From the NCBI GenBank assembly GCA_947465495.1, contig CANIAS010000003.1, positions 20,503 to 84,502 on the forward strand: DNA of 64,000 bases, given 5' to 3'. This stretch comes from Candidatus Pollutiaquabacter sp. GTDB lineage: Bacteria; Bacteroidota; Bacteroidia; AKYH767-A; 2013-40CM-41-45. Positions 30,566 to 42,300 of this stretch are shown piece after piece; the stretch's first letter is position 1; every line of letters begins with the position of its first letter. The notes beneath the pieces were generated by a model. It made no database searches. It was not told where the DNA came from and saw nothing but the letters and a program-made list of their open reading frames with translations. A program made the translations under genes and the position numbers.

Positions 30566-31321
30566 ATGACAAGACCTATTCAAAATGATGCTGATGCCCG
30601 ACCCAGCCAGGAGCGATTTTTCGTCCAAGGCCCTCATTCCAGATTCAGTGAATTTCTTTTCACCTTTAAAGTGATGAGAGAATTCATTAAAGGTTTTCGG
30701 GCGCTGCACTTTAATGGTCCATGCGTGACAATTTTCGGGTCTGCCAGATTTGGAGAAAGTCATCCGTATTACCACCTAGCACGTAAAACCGGGGCGGCAT
30801 TATCAAAAATGGGATTCGTGATACTTACCGGAGGTGGGCCTGGCGTCATGGAGGCAGCTAATCGGGGAGCCAAAGACGTTAACGGCCGTTCTATTGGTTG
30901 TAATATTAGCTTACCTCATGAGCAGCAGCCAAACCCATACCTGGACAAGCAAGTCACGTTTGACCACTTTTTTGTACGAAAAGTGTTGTTACTGAAATAT
31001 TCCTATGCGTTTCTTGTTTTGCCAGGCGGCTTTGGTACGTTGGATGAGTTGTTTGAAACACTCACGTTAATTCAAACAGGAAAGATTTCCCACTTTCCAG
31101 TCGTGCTGATGGGCGAATCCTATTGGACGCCGCTGATCAACCAATTGGATCGAATGAAAAATGAGGGAGCCATTGTCGATGGTGATATGGATCATTTACT
31201 GATTACTGACGACGTGGATAAGGTTATGCACTTTATCAGGAAACATTCCATTGATGAGTATGGACTGACACGCCGTCTACCACCAAAGCCAATCAGACTC
31301 TTCGGCGAACGAAATTGGTGA
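30566..31321 (+). CDS. LOG-family (TIGR00730-like) nucleotide phosphoribohydrolase
   Basis: VTIFGSAR, TGGGPGVMEAANRGA, FFVRK, PGGFGTLDE. Confidence 0.92.
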   Translation: MTRPIQNDADARPSQERFFVQGPHSRFSEFLFTFKVMREFIKGFRALHFNGPCVTIFGSARFGESHPYYHLARKTGAALSKMGFVILTGGGPGVMEAANRGAKDVNGRSIGCNISLPHEQQPNPYLDKQVTFDHFFVRKVLLLKYSYAFLVLPGGFGTLDELFETLTLIQTGKISHFPVVLMGESYWTPLINQLDRMKNEGAIVDGDMDHLLITDDVDKVMHFIRKHSIDEYGLTRRLPPKPIRLFGERNW

Positions 31322-31481
31322 TTGATCGTTCATACAGTTGTATTCAATTCTAATGTTATTTTTTCAGGAGTCAAGTTTTCAACAAACCGACTCATTTATG
31401 AACATTGTGTTATAAAATTGTTGCACTCCGAAAGTGGTGAAGTTACATTTGGTGTAACACTAATTTTAAAACCAAACTACA

Positions 31482-31754
31482 ATGAACAAAGCTGACTTGA
31501 TTGATGCAATCTCCAGCGAAGCAAAAATTACGAAAGCAGATGCTTCTCGTGCTTTACAGGCTTTCATGAATGCAACCACCAAATCATTGAGAAAAGGTGA
31601 GCGAGTTGCCCTCGTAGGTTTTGGCACATTCACTGTGTCTAAGCGTGCTGCCCGCAATGGCCGCAATCCTCAGACCGGTAAGCCGATCAAAATTGCAGCT
31701 CGCAAGGTTGCGAAATTCAAGGCTGGAATCGAATTGGCTGCGAAGGTCAAGTAA
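31482..31754 (+). CDS. hup: DNA-binding protein HU
   Basis: MNKADLI...VGFGTF...R.GRNPQTG; TACATTTG -7 element at 31444-31451. Confidence 0.96.
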   Translation: MNKADLIDAISSEAKITKADASRALQAFMNATTKSLRKGERVALVGFGTFTVSKRAARNGRNPQTGKPIKIAARKVAKFKAGIELAAKVK

Positions 31755-31770
31755 TCCTTGACAGCAGCTT

Positions 31771-31802
31771 AAAAAAAAGCCTCGCTTCGGCGGGGCTTTT
31801 TT
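31771..31802. terminator. Bidirectional intrinsic terminator
   Basis: A8-GCCTCGC-TTCG-GCGGGGC-T6, with a cUUCGg tetraloop. Confidence 0.9.
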
Positions 31803-31817
31803 ATGAATGATAGTAAG

Positions 31818-32591
31818 TTATTTTCCTTGAAATAGTGGTTTACGCTTTTCTAAAAACGCTCTTACGCCCTCCTGATGGTCGTCGGTTGATCCTGCTGCTG
31901 TTTGCAAGTTTCCTTCAAGTTTCAATTGTTGTTCAAGGTTGTTACTCATGGACGCGTTCAAAAGGCGCTTGGTCAAACCAAGGCCTCGAGTAGGCATCTG
32001 TGCTAACTGTTCAGCCAATGCCTGTGAAGCGGCAGCCAAGTCGTTGTCTTCTACAGACCGGTAAATCATTCCCATTGCCTGTGCTTCATCAGCACTCACT
32101 TTATCAGCAGTAAACATCAGTGCTGTTGCGCGCTGAAATCCAATCAGTCGTGGCAACATAAATGTGCCACCGCTGTCTGGAATTAACCCTATTTTACTAA
32201 ATGCCTGAATGAATGACGCACTTTTTCCAGCCATCACAATGTCGGCTGCTAAAGCGATGTTCGCACCAGCTCCCGCGGCCACTCCATTAACAGCAGCCAC
32301 AACCGGCTTTTCAATGGAACGCATCAACAGGATGATCGGATTGTAATGTTCTTCAACAATGCGTGTGATTCCTGGGCCTTCCGGATCAATCGCTTCGGAA
32401 AGATCCTGCCCAGCACAAAATGCTTTACCTGTCCCGCTTAGTAACAATGCACGTACGTTACTGTCTGCTTCTGCTGCTTTAAGTGCAGCCTGCAGTTCAA
32501 GAGACATTTCACGGATAAAGCTGTTGAATTTTTCGGGGCGGTTTAGCGTAATGTGCGCAACTGCGTTTTGTACCGTATAGGTGATGTACAT
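31818..32591 (-). CDS. paaG: Ring-1,2-epoxyphenylacetyl-CoA isomerase (enoyl-CoA hydratase family)
   Basis: AFCAGQDL, HYNP, NGVAAGAGAN, FSKIGLIPDSGG; downstream of paaD; start MYITY at 32591. Confidence 0.85.
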   Translation of the reverse strand: MYITYTVQNAVAHITLNRPEKFNSFIREMSLELQAALKAAEADSNVRALLLSGTGKAFCAGQDLSEAIDPEGPGITRIVEEHYNPIILLMRSIEKPVVAAVNGVAAGAGANIALAADIVMAGKSASFIQAFSKIGLIPDSGGTFMLPRLIGFQRATALMFTADKVSADEAQAMGMIYRSVEDNDLAAASQALAEQLAQMPTRGLGLTKRLLNASMSNNLEQQLKLEGNLQTAAGSTDDHQEGVRAFLEKRKPLFQGK

Positions 32592-32666
32592 AGTGAAGTA
32601 GATGTTGTCGTAGTTAAGCAGAGTGGAACAGCGTTCCAAGTATTCGTAGCAATGATAATGTTTGAA

Positions 32667-33161
32667 TCAATGACACTTGAAATAGTCAAAGGGCTCCAGG
32701 CAAGAAAGACATTTGTACAATGACTTGCAGGCGGTTGATCCGAATGCACTGACCATGGTTGTTTGAATTGATCCGCAACGTGGACAAGGTACAGTGCGAG
32801 GATGAAGGGAAAGTACCGATTTGTCACTGGTGCTCTCTACTGGTGGCGCAATGCCGTACTGTCTTAGTTTTTCTTTCGCAACTTCCGGAATCCAATCGGT
32901 CGTCCAAACCGGTGAATAAACCAGTTTCACCACAACGTCCTGGTATCCTTCAGCCATCAAGGTAGTTTTAATGTCTTTTTCAATAGCCATCATCGCTGGA
33001 CAGCCACTATAGGTCGGTGTGATTGAAACAGTAACGCGTCCTGTTTCGTCTTTTGAAACATCCCGCACAATACCTAATTCAACGATGCTGATGACCGGGA
33101 TTTCAGGGTCAGGGATTCTTTCTAGAATCGTATGAATAGCTGCTGTTTCGTTGATGGACAT
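32667..33161 (-). CDS. paaD: Phenylacetyl-CoA epoxidase subunit D
   Basis: DPEIPVISIVELG, TPTYSGCPA, WTTDW, CPRCGS...FGSTACK...EPFDYFKCH. Confidence 0.95.
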   Translation of the reverse strand: MSINETAAIHTILERIPDPEIPVISIVELGIVRDVSKDETGRVTVSITPTYSGCPAMMAIEKDIKTTLMAEGYQDVVVKLVYSPVWTTDWIPEVAKEKLRQYGIAPPVESTSDKSVLSLHPRTVPCPRCGSIQTTMVSAFGSTACKSLYKCLSCLEPFDYFKCH

Positions 33162-33238
33162 GGAACGATCATGATTTCAATTACGGTAAATGAAGTCTTT
33201 TTGTATTCGTTAAATCAACCCCAATCACTTTACGCTAC

Positions 33239-33997
33239 TTACCATTCTGCTCCAGGGATGGCACGATGCAACGATTGCATTTCAGCTAACAGGTGTCCCA
33301 GATGCTCCGTATGTTTTCCGGAACGACTGCCCCGAATGGAGAATGGTTTTTCAGGAATCGAAAGACCTGCCTCCTTCATTATGCCGTTGATCAAGTTATC
33401 CCAAGCAGTACGCAAACCTGCAGCGTCCACACCAACTTGTTCTTTGATCAGGAGCTGGTCAACTTCGTCCATATCAAATAGGTCATCCACGTACATCCAA
33501 AGTTCTCCAACAGCTTCATTCATGCGCCGTGCACTCTCTTCAGTGCCTTGGCCTAACCGGATGGTCCAGTCTGCACTATGACGTAGATGGTACGTAACTT
33601 CTTTAAGCGATTTATGCGCCAATGCAGCAACCGTCTCGTGTTTGCTGTGTAATAGCGCTTCGAAATTTAGTTTTTGAAATGCACTGATTAACAATTGACG
33701 TAATATGGTCTGAGCAAAGTCGCCGTTGGGTTGCTCTGCCAATAATACGTTTTGGAATTCACGCTCACTACGAAGAAAAGCTAAACGGTCTTCGTCGAGT
33801 CCGTTGTTGGAGATCTCGCAAGCAACCGTATAAAAGGCGCGTGTCTGTCCAATCAAATCCAATGAAATGTTGGTGAGCGCAATGTCTTCCTCGAGAATTG
33901 GACCGTGTCCACACCATTCGCCAAGTCGTTGGCCGAGAATGAGACTGGTGTCTCCTAACCGGATGCAATACCGGGCAAGGGCTTCATGGGTAGTCAT
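33239..33997 (-). CDS. paaC: Phenylacetyl-CoA epoxidase subunit C
   Basis: LILGQRLGEWCGHGPILEEDIA, KEVTYH, GKHTEHLGHLLAEMQ. Confidence 0.96.
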   Translation of the reverse strand: MTTHEALARYCIRLGDTSLILGQRLGEWCGHGPILEEDIALTNISLDLIGQTRAFYTVACEISNNGLDEDRLAFLRSEREFQNVLLAEQPNGDFAQTILRQLLISAFQKLNFEALLHSKHETVAALAHKSLKEVTYHLRHSADWTIRLGQGTEESARRMNEAVGELWMYVDDLFDMDEVDQLLIKEQVGVDAAGLRTAWDNLINGIMKEAGLSIPEKPFSIRGSRSGKHTEHLGHLLAEMQSLHRAIPGAEW

Positions 33998-34017
33998 GTT
34001 GTAGGGCAGCTGATAGG

Positions 34018-34302
34018 TTATTCGAAAATGGCGCCAGGCGTCTTGTAAAAATTGGGGTGACGGTACGCTTTGTCATTAGAGGGCTCGAAGAATGAACCCA
34101 TATCTTCCGGAGTGCTGGAAACGATGGAATCCGATGGTACGACCCAGATGCAGGTGGCTTCATTCCTGCGGCTGTAAACGTCACGCGCGTTCATCAGCGC
34201 CATTTCTTTGTCAGGAGCATGCACGTTGCCTGCGTGCTCGAAAGGAAGTCCGGTACGTTTCTGAGTGAAAACTTCCCAGAGTGGCCAATTGTCGTTGTTC
34301 AT
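34018..34302 (-). CDS. paaB: Phenylacetyl-CoA epoxidase subunit B
   Basis: WPLWEVF, HAGNVHAPD, ARDVYSRR.E...IWVV, K.YRHP.FY. Confidence 0.96.
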   Translation of the reverse strand: MNNDNWPLWEVFTQKRTGLPFEHAGNVHAPDKEMALMNARDVYSRRNEATCIWVVPSDSIVSSTPEDMGSFFEPSNDKAYRHPNFYKTPGAIFE

Positions 34303-34336
34303 GGTAATGTTAATCTAGTCGTGATATTACTTCGGC

Positions 34337-35287
34337 TTAAGCAGCAATCATTTTTCCGGCTTTTTTGTGAGCATAGGCAGTAGCGGCCTCTCGCACCCAC
34401 GCACCTTCGCTGTGAGCTTTCTTACGAGCTTTCAAACGCTCTTTATTACAAATGCCATGTCCGTTGATTACCTGAAAAAATTCCTCCCAATTGATAGGGC
34501 CAAAATCATAATGCTGTGTCTCCTCGTTCCATTTTAAATCAGGATCGGGTAGCGTTAATCCAATGTTCATTGCTTGTGGAACGGTACGGTCGATGAAGCG
34601 TTGACGTAATTCGTCGTTAGAGTAGCGCTTCACTTTCCAACGTAGCAAATCGGCGCTGTTTGGAGAATCTTTGTCGGATGGTCCGAACATCATTAAGGAT
34701 GGCCACCACCAACGGTTGATGGAATCCTGTGCCATGGCTCGTTGTTCTTCGTTACCCTTCATCAACGTCGCTAAAATCTCGTAGCCTTGTTTGTGATGAA
34801 AATTCTCCTCTTTGCAAATACGTACCATGGCTCTTGCATAAGGACCATACGAGCATTTTGCAAGTACCGTTTGATTTACAATCGCAGCGCCGTCTACAAG
34901 CCAACCAATTGCACCGATATCGGCCCAGCTAAGTGTAGGATAGTTGAAGATGCTGGAATATTTTGCTTTACCTGAATTTAATTCCTCTACCAATTGGTCT
35001 CTTGAAACACCCAGGGTTTCCGTACCACTGTAAATGTATAATCCATGACCACCTTCGTCCTGCACTTTGGCCAGCAATACGCATTTGCGACGTAAACTGG
35101 GCGCGCGTGTGATCCAATTACCTTCCGGAAGCATACCTACTACTTCGGAGTGGGCATGTTGACTCATCATCCGAATCAGTTGCTTCCGATAACGCTCGGG
35201 CATCCAATCTTTGGGTTCGATGACTTCTCCTTTGTCGATTCGCTGCTGGAATTCCAGTTCTAACTGTTGTTCACTTTTTACTGACAT
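34337..35287 (-). CDS. paaA: Phenylacetyl-CoA epoxidase catalytic subunit A
   Basis: [32 protein letters not shown] di-iron motifs, [11 protein letters not shown]. Confidence 0.97.
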   Translation of the reverse strand: MSVKSEQQLELEFQQRIDKGEVIEPKDWMPERYRKQLIRMMSQHAHSEVVGMLPEGNWITRAPSLRRKCVLLAKVQDEGGHGLYIYSGTETLGVSRDQLVEELNSGKAKYSSIFNYPTLSWADIGAIGWLVDGAAIVNQTVLAKCSYGPYARAMVRICKEENFHHKQGYEILATLMKGNEEQRAMAQDSINRWWWPSLMMFGPSDKDSPNSADLLRWKVKRYSNDELRQRFIDRTVPQAMNIGLTLPDPDLKWNEETQHYDFGPINWEEFFQVINGHGICNKERLKARKKAHSEGAWVREAATAYAHKKAGKMIAA

Positions 35288-35355
35288 CGTTTAGCACGTT
35301 TAACGTTAAAATTCAGGCATTAATCATTGTCAAACAATGATAATGGTCATAGTGT

Positions 35356-35790
35356 TCAAATGCGGTGATAATCTCCTCGCCAACGTTTAATGGACTTTTT
35401 AATTTCTTCCTGGCTCATCCGTTTTTCGGCGGCTTCCTTGCATAATGCCACAAATTCGTCGTCTGGCGCAAATCGCAAGGCGATGATTTGAGAGGTGTGT
35501 AACCGATGATCCAATGGCTTGCCCGTCAATTCAAAGTGTCGGAAGTTCTCTTCTGACCGTATGATCCGGTCTTGCAGCTTAATGCCAAATTGCCGAACCG
35601 TGTAGTAAAGTCCCAGTAAAATCAGACTGATAGCTACCAGCAATGAGGCGGAGTAGCTGTTTTCTCCACGATCAATGGTTCCTACTAAGTTGATGATGGA
35701 GCCCACAAAGGTCGCTAGGCAAAAGACCAAAAGTAATCCGTGGTACCACCACACATAACGACGATGATTTGAATAACTTTGCTTCTTCAT
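35356..35790 (-). CDS. Membrane protein, DUF6526-like
   Basis: Two TM helices then LQDRIIRSEENFRH...QIIALRFA.D.E...W.GDYHR; family name from recall. Confidence 0.65.
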   Translation of the reverse strand: MKKQSYSNHRRYVWWYHGLLLVFCLATFVGSIINLVGTIDRGENSYSASLLVAISLILLGLYYTVRQFGIKLQDRIIRSEENFRHFELTGKPLDHRLHTSQIIALRFAPDDEFVALCKEAAEKRMSQEEIKKSIKRWRGDYHRI

Positions 35791-35903
35791 TCAAAATGTT
35801 TCTCAATTCTCACAAAAATACGCCATTTTTGGGCCGTTTACAAGGACAGCATGAGTACTAAACGGGTTAAAAAGGCCGATTTCTTTTCGATTTAAGGATA
35901 TAA

Positions 35904-37043
35904 ATGGACTTCCGCGGAAAAAAAATATACATCTCTGTAATCAGTGACTTAGTCACTGACCAGCGTGTACATCGCACAGCCTATACCCTGCGTGGCCAAG
36001 GCGCATCGGTGGTTCTGGTGGGTCGTCGACTATCCTCCAGCTTGCCGATGTCTTCCAGAGCATATCGCACCATTCGCTTGAAGTTGTTTTTTCAACGAGG
36101 ACCGATGATGTATGCTTGGTTCAACATCCGACTTTTTTTCTTTCTGCTCTTTAAAAAGGCCGATCTATTAGTGGCTAATGACTTGGATACCCTATTGGCC
36201 AATTTTCTTGTTTCGAAAATCCGCCGTATTCCATTAGTGTATGATAGTCACGAATATTTTACAGAAGTCCCAGAACTTGTAAGTAGACCGTTCGTTCAGC
36301 GGTTTTGGAAATTACTTGAAAGGTCCATATTCCCTAAACTCAAAGCAGTATTCACCGTGAATGATTCCATCGCTGACTTGTATGAAAAGGAATACCAGGT
36401 CAAGGTGCATGTGGTAAGGAATATTCCGCTGAATGACCAGTTCAATCAGCACGTTATCTTTCACGAACTTACCCGTGAAGAAGCAGGACTTCCAGTGGAT
36501 AGAACCATCTACTTGCTGCAAGGTTCCGGAATTAATATCCATCGTGGAGCGGAGGAAGCTGTGGAAGCAATGAAATGGGTAGATGATGCTTTATTGTTGA
36601 TTATCGGCGGAGGTGATGTCATCGACATCTTGAAGAAGATGACATTGGATTTAGGCCTTAGTGATAAGGTGAAATTTGTTCCCAAGATGCCACCAACTGA
36701 ATTGCGCAAATGGACGCGTCTGGCAGATTTCGGGTTAACCTTGGATAAGGATACGAATCTGAACTATCGCTATTCCTTGCCGAATAAACTTTTTGATTAC
36801 ATCGAGTCTGGTTTGCCTGTAATTACTACCGACCTTCCGGAAGTCCGGCGCATCGTGGAGTTATACGATATTGGTCGAATTGTTCCGACACTCACACCTC
36901 AGTACTTAGCGGATGTCATGAATCATATGAAGTCTCCAACGGCACCTGTTGGAAAGTGGAAGGAGAATGTCAAAATCGCAGCCGCAGAAATTTCTTGGGA
37001 TCAAGAAAGAGAGCGATTATTAGCCGTATTCGACTATGCATAG
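35904..37043 (+). CDS. Glycosyltransferase family 4
   Basis: DQRVHR, YDSHEYFTE, SLPNKLFDYIESGLPV (GT-B fold). Confidence 0.88.
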   Translation: MDFRGKKIYISVISDLVTDQRVHRTAYTLRGQGASVVLVGRRLSSSLPMSSRAYRTIRLKLFFQRGPMMYAWFNIRLFFFLLFKKADLLVANDLDTLLANFLVSKIRRIPLVYDSHEYFTEVPELVSRPFVQRFWKLLERSIFPKLKAVFTVNDSIADLYEKEYQVKVHVVRNIPLNDQFNQHVIFHELTREEAGLPVDRTIYLLQGSGINIHRGAEEAVEAMKWVDDALLLIIGGGDVIDILKKMTLDLGLSDKVKFVPKMPPTELRKWTRLADFGLTLDKDTNLNYRYSLPNKLFDYIESGLPVITTDLPEVRRIVELYDIGRIVPTLTPQYLADVMNHMKSPTAPVGKWKENVKIAAAEISWDQERERLLAVFDYA

Positions 37044-38163
37044 TCAACATATCCTGCATATTATTTCCTTTGATGTCCCATTTCCTCCGGATTATGGTGG
37101 AGTCATTGATGTCTTTTTCAAAATCAAGGCCCTGCATGCGCACGGTGTACGTGTTCATTTGCATTGTTTTGAATATGGACGTTCTCCTAAGAAAGAATTG
37201 GAAGCATTGTGTGAATCGGTGCATTACTATCCTCGAAGTACCTCCAAGTCGCTGCTGTTCGATGATTTACCATATATAGTGCTTTCACGGTCCTCCACCG
37301 AGTTGCGGCAACGTTTACTGGAAGATGCGCATCCAATTCTAATGGAAGGATTGCACAGTACGTTGTTGCTGAACGATCCGGCATTCTTTTCTAGAAAATG
37401 TATCGTACGAGCTCATAATGTCGAACACGATTATTATGAAAACCTGGCGAAAGTGGAAAAGCGTTTCTTTAAACGATTCTACTTTAAGAAAGAGACTAAT
37501 AAGTTGCGTAACTACGAGTCCGTCGTGAAACGTGCACATGCCATTGCAGCCATTTCCCCGGAGGATACTGCCTACTTTAATTCCAAATACGGAAACGCGA
37601 CGTATATCCCCGCATTTCACCCCTTTGATGCATGTCAACATACTGAAGAAACACAAGATTTCGCTTTTTACCATGGCAATCTTGCCGTAGGGGAGAATAA
37701 TGAAGCAGCGTTATTTCTCATTGAAAAAGTTTTTGATAATCTGCCATACCGCTTAGTCATAGCCGGTTCCAGACCGTCTGAAGAATTGAAGAAGGCTGCT
37801 GCTAAAAAAGACAACGTACAAATTCTCGATTGTTTGACTCCGGAAGAGATTCATCGTCACATTGCAACGGCAAAAGTTAATGTACTGCCTACGTTTCAGT
37901 CTACAGGCATCAAGCTGAAGTTGCTGGCTGCATTATTTCTTGGGCAGCAATGTTTGGTGAATTCGCCCATGGTGCTTAATACTGGACTTGAAAAATTATG
38001 CACGATTGCTAATGACGCAAATGGCTTTAAGCAACGACTAAAGGAGATATTCGTTTCGGATGGATTAAAATCGGAACAATTAAATGCGAGAAAAGTAATT
38101 TTGGAAAGTGGTTTTTCAAACACCCGCAATGCTCAAAAACTAGTTGAGCTATTCTTTGGCTGA
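37036..38163 (+). CDS. GT-B fold glycosyltransferase (GT4-like)
   Basis: PFPPDYGGVID, HNVEHDYY, TGIKLKLL.AL; overlaps the upstream GT gene. Confidence 0.8.
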   Translation: MHSQHILHIISFDVPFPPDYGGVIDVFFKIKALHAHGVRVHLHCFEYGRSPKKELEALCESVHYYPRSTSKSLLFDDLPYIVLSRSSTELRQRLLEDAHPILMEGLHSTLLLNDPAFFSRKCIVRAHNVEHDYYENLAKVEKRFFKRFYFKKETNKLRNYESVVKRAHAIAAISPEDTAYFNSKYGNATYIPAFHPFDACQHTEETQDFAFYHGNLAVGENNEAALFLIEKVFDNLPYRLVIAGSRPSEELKKAAAKKDNVQILDCLTPEEIHRHIATAKVNVLPTFQSTGIKLKLLAALFLGQQCLVNSPMVLNTGLEKLCTIANDANGFKQRLKEIFVSDGLKSEQLNARKVILESGFSNTRNAQKLVELFFG

Positions 38164-38169
38164 ATCAAG

Positions 38170-38859
38170 CTATTCGCTTGTAACAACAGTTTGCGTATCA
38201 TGCAATCTTCCGCCTTCACACTTTAAAATACGGGCGGGAAACTTGTCCATAATCCCGTAGTTGTGTGTCGCCATCAGAATCGAGGTGCCTTTTTGGCTGA
38301 TATCGAATAAGAGTTTCATGATCTCTTCCGATGTTTCTGGGTCCAGGTTGCCAGTTGGTTCGTCAGCCAGTATTAATTCAGGATGATTTAGTAAAGCACG
38401 TGCAATCACTACACGTTGTTGTTCTCCACCACTAAGCTCGTGGGGCATCTTGAATCCTTTGGTCGACAAGCCTACGTGCGCAAGCACTTCTTCCATACGC
38501 GCCTGCATGGCGTTACGCTCGTTCCAGCCTGTTGCCGCAAGTACAAATTCAAGGTTCGCAAGAATGGTGCGATCAGGAAGAAGTTGAAAGTCTTGAAATA
38601 CAATGCCTAGCTTACGACGAAGAAAAGGAACCTGTCGTGAGGAAAGGTGATTTAATGAAAATCCAGCTACGCTCCCTTCGCCCTCGTCTAAAACAAGTTC
38701 TCCATAAAGTAATTTTAGCAGACTGCTTTTCCCGCTACCTGTTTTTCCAATTAGGTAAACGAATTCACCTTTGTCAATCTCCAGGTGGACGCCTGACAGT
38801 ACCGGACTTTTCGATTGTGAAATTGTGGCGTTAGACAGTTTAACGATGCGGTTGGTCAT
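38170..38859 (-). CDS. ftsE: FtsE-like ABC ATP-binding protein
   Basis: GKTGSGKS, LRRKLGIVFQDFQLL, LSGGEQQR, DEPTGNLD. Confidence 0.8.
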   Translation of the reverse strand: MTNRIVKLSNATISQSKSPVLSGVHLEIDKGEFVYLIGKTGSGKSSLLKLLYGELVLDEGEGSVAGFSLNHLSSRQVPFLRRKLGIVFQDFQLLPDRTILANLEFVLAATGWNERNAMQARMEEVLAHVGLSTKGFKMPHELSGGEQQRVVIARALLNHPELILADEPTGNLDPETSEEIMKLLFDISQKGTSILMATHNYGIMDKFPARILKCEGGRLHDTQTVVTSE

Positions 38860-39002
38860 GGTGGAAAGTTAATTCGACGGTAAAAATACGCAGACTTCTT
38901 GTGGATCGTCGTGGGTAAGAAAGCAAATTATACACGTGAAATTACCATGATCCGACGACGGCAGTGATCGTAATTGCCAACGACGGATACGGCTATAGGA
39001 AA

Positions 39003-39203
39003 TTAATCCAGCTTTTTGATTTTTCCGTAGGGCAATTCACGGATGAGCTCAATCAATTCCTGCTCACGATGCCCGAGGCCGATTTTAGAGAGGGCTTTCT
39101 CGGGTCGGTCGACACGGAAGTATGCTAACAAGGTGAACTTCTCGTCGCGCAACTGAACGTAATCCGGAATTTTGGCAGTGCCTTTTACCTTCAAAATGTA
39201 CAT
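39003..39203 (-). CDS. Small hypothetical protein (66 aa)
   Basis: MYILKVKGTAKIPDYVQLRD...; has its own TATCTTTG -7 element at 39209-39216. Confidence 0.75.
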   Translation of the reverse strand: MYILKVKGTAKIPDYVQLRDEKFTLLAYFRVDRPEKALSKIGLGHREQELIELIRELPYGKIKKLD

Positions 39204-39355
39204 CGCGTCAAAGATACTAAAATCAGCAAGTCGGTCGTATCTATAGTAGAAGTGTGCATAAGAGTGTTGGTAAATACAACCACTTCAAAAACAGTTAGAT
39301 GGGCGTTGTCAATAATTTTGTGCGAATATCGTTTAACGAGCATCAATCCCTCTGT

Positions 39356-42300
39356 ATGGTGAGAAGATTATTAGTGCTGCTGATCGCTACGATCAGCTGC
39401 ACGACTGTGTTTGCACAGAAGACAACCGTTTACACGGAAGCTGACCGGAACTACCGGCTAGGTTTGGAGTTGCTGGATAAGCAGAAATACGGTGCTGCGC
39501 GGAAGGCCTTTGAGCAGACCTTGTATTCAACAGAAAGCATTTCCGACGAAGCACGGATGAATTCCACCTACTATATAGGATGGTGTGCCGCTGAGCTGTA
39601 TCAAACAGATGCGGAATACCTGCTGCTTGGATTCATACAGCACTACCCGGAAAGTCCCAAGATGGAAGAGGCTTATTTTTCACTGGGCAATTATTATTAC
39701 CGTGCCAAGAAATACAAGAAATCACTGGAATGGTTCAGCCGTCTGGACCTGGCTACCTTGGACAAAGACGAAAGGGATGAAGTTAATTTTAAGATTGGGT
39801 ATAGTGCCTACATGACAGAGGATTACGATAAGGCATCGCGTGCGTTTTTTGATGTGAAAGATGGAGACAGCAAGTATGCGACCGCTGCACAGTATTACTA
39901 TGCACACATGGCTTACGTGAGCGAGAATTATGAAACGGCGTTGAAGGAATTTCTGAAATTGCGCAACTCCGAGGCGTTTGCACCGGTCGCGCCTTATTAC
40001 ATCACGCAGATCTATTACAAGCAAGGTAAATACGACGAGGTGTTGAAGTATGCACCTAATGCGCTCGATTCGGCTGGTGCTAGGAATGGCATGGAGATAG
40101 CAAGAATGGTTGCTGAGTCGCACTACCGAAAAGGGGAGTACACCACAGCGCTACCTTATCTAACCGATTATGAAAAAAACTCTCCGAATGCCGGTGCCTC
40201 GGATTACTATGCAATCGCCTACAGTTATTACCGTACCAATCAATTTGAAAAAGCAATTCCTTATTTCCAGAAATTAACCGCTGTCGAGGATTCTTTGTCA
40301 CAAAATGCCTATTACCATTTGGGCGATTGTTTTATTCATACCAATAATAAGCGGAGTGCGCGCAATGCCTATCAGTCTGCCGCAAAGATGACTTTCGATC
40401 CCTTCATCACTGAGGAGTCTCGCTTTGCGTATGCCAAGCTTAGTTATGAATTGTCTTTTCAATCGGTAGCGATTGAGGCTTGTCGCTCTTTTGTGAAGGA
40501 TTATCCCGAAAGCCAGCACGTGGCAGAGACCAATGAGATTCTTATAAATATTTATGCGAGCACACGCAATTATCGTGATGCGCTCATCGCGCTTGATGCC
40601 ATCAAAACCAAGACTCCTGGTATGAAAGTGGCCTACCAAAAGGTTGCTTATTTCCGCGGTATAGAGTTGTTCATGGATAATAAGCTTCAGGATGCCATTA
40701 AGATGTTTCAAACCTCGTTGGCAAATCCGGTCGATAATCGTTTGACAGCGGAAGCAAATTATTGGAAAGGGGAGGCCTATTATAAATTGGGTCAATATGA
40801 ACAAGCTGTTCGTTCCTACAATGATTTTCTGTTCATGCCTTCTGCAGTCACCTCCGAGCATTACAACCTTGCCAATTATAATGCGGGGTATGCTAATTTT
40901 AAATTGGAGAGTTACGCTAACTCACAGACAGCTTTTAGGAAATACATAAAGGATAAGCCACATACAGATCCTCAACGATATTCCGATGCGCTTTTACGTA
41001 TTGCTGACTGCAGCTTTATGCTACGCGATCAGAATGCTGCACTTGATTTCTATAGTCAGGCTATTCAGTCAGGTGCTAAAGCATCCGACTATGCTTATTA
41101 TCAACGCGGAATTATCCTTGGTGTTCAAGGTAAATTGAATGAAAAAATTGCTTCGTTGGAAAAACTGATTGAGCAGTATCCTACATCTGTTTATTTGGAC
41201 GATGCCTTGTATGAAACAGGACAAGCGCACCTGACAATTGATAACAACGGTAAGGCCTTGACGTATTTTTCTAGAGTAATCAACGAGTTTCCTTCCAGTA
41301 GTTATGTGAAAAAGGCCGAGTTGGGCGAGGCGTTGGTCTATTACAACGAAGGTAAAGACGAGCAAGCTACGGCAGCATGCAAGCGAATCATTAGCAAATA
41401 TCCTAATTCGAATGAGTCGCGCGAAGCACTCTCGCAGCTCAAGAATATTTCAGTCTCTCAGCATAAAGTCGATGACTACCTGGCTTATGTCAAAGAAGTG
41501 CCTAACGCGGATCTTAGTACTGCCGGACAGGATTCAATCGTGTATGAAGCAGCGGAGTTGCTTTATACACAAGGTAAATGCGAAGAGGCCCAACGGGATT
41601 TTGACAACTACCTGAGCAAGTATCCGAATGCAGTATTTAAAGTGAATGCCAATTATTACCGAAGCGATTGCTTGTACCGTTCCAAAAAATACGAAGAAGC
41701 ATTGCCAGGTTATGAATATGTCATTGCCCAGCCTAAGAACTCTTTCACCGAAAAATCGTTGCTGAACGATGCGCTCATTCAGTTTCGTTTAAAACGATAT
41801 GAAGAAGCCGCACAGCGATTTGATGCTCTGGAAAAGTCAGCCGAGGTGAAAGACAATATCACGGCAGCTCAAATAGGACAGCTGCGTGCCTATTATAAAA
41901 TCGGAAAGTGCGACAGAGCACTCATTGCTGCAGGAAAGTTGCTTGCCAATACGAGCATCGACAAGGATCTTCAAAACGAAGCACAATTGATTACGGGACG
42001 TTGTTATTTAGCAGAAGCTGATTTTGCTAAATCGAAGGCTGCATTTAGCGTTGTAGCTAAACGTACGAACTCTGAAATGACCGCAGAAAGTAAGTATTCG
42101 CTGGCGTTGATCGAATACAAACAACAGAACTACAAAGAGAGTCAAAAACTCATCTTTGAAGTGCAAAAGCAGGTGCCTTCCTACGATTTTTGGATTGCAA
42201 AATCATTTATCCTACTTGGCGACGACTACCTGGCGCTGAAAGATACCTTTCAGGCACGTGAGACCTACAAAAGCATCGTTGATAATTTTGAACGCGAATC

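Noticed and set aside
39252-39262. DnaA-box-like TTATGCACA (minus strand), with gyrB and dnaX elsewhere in the window
   Set aside because: A single box with no cluster, unwinding element or dnaA gene; not enough to call oriC.
39722-41365. Long antisense ORFs (133, 187 and 98 aa) within the TPR gene
   Set aside because: No motifs; expected codon-bias shadows of a long gene.
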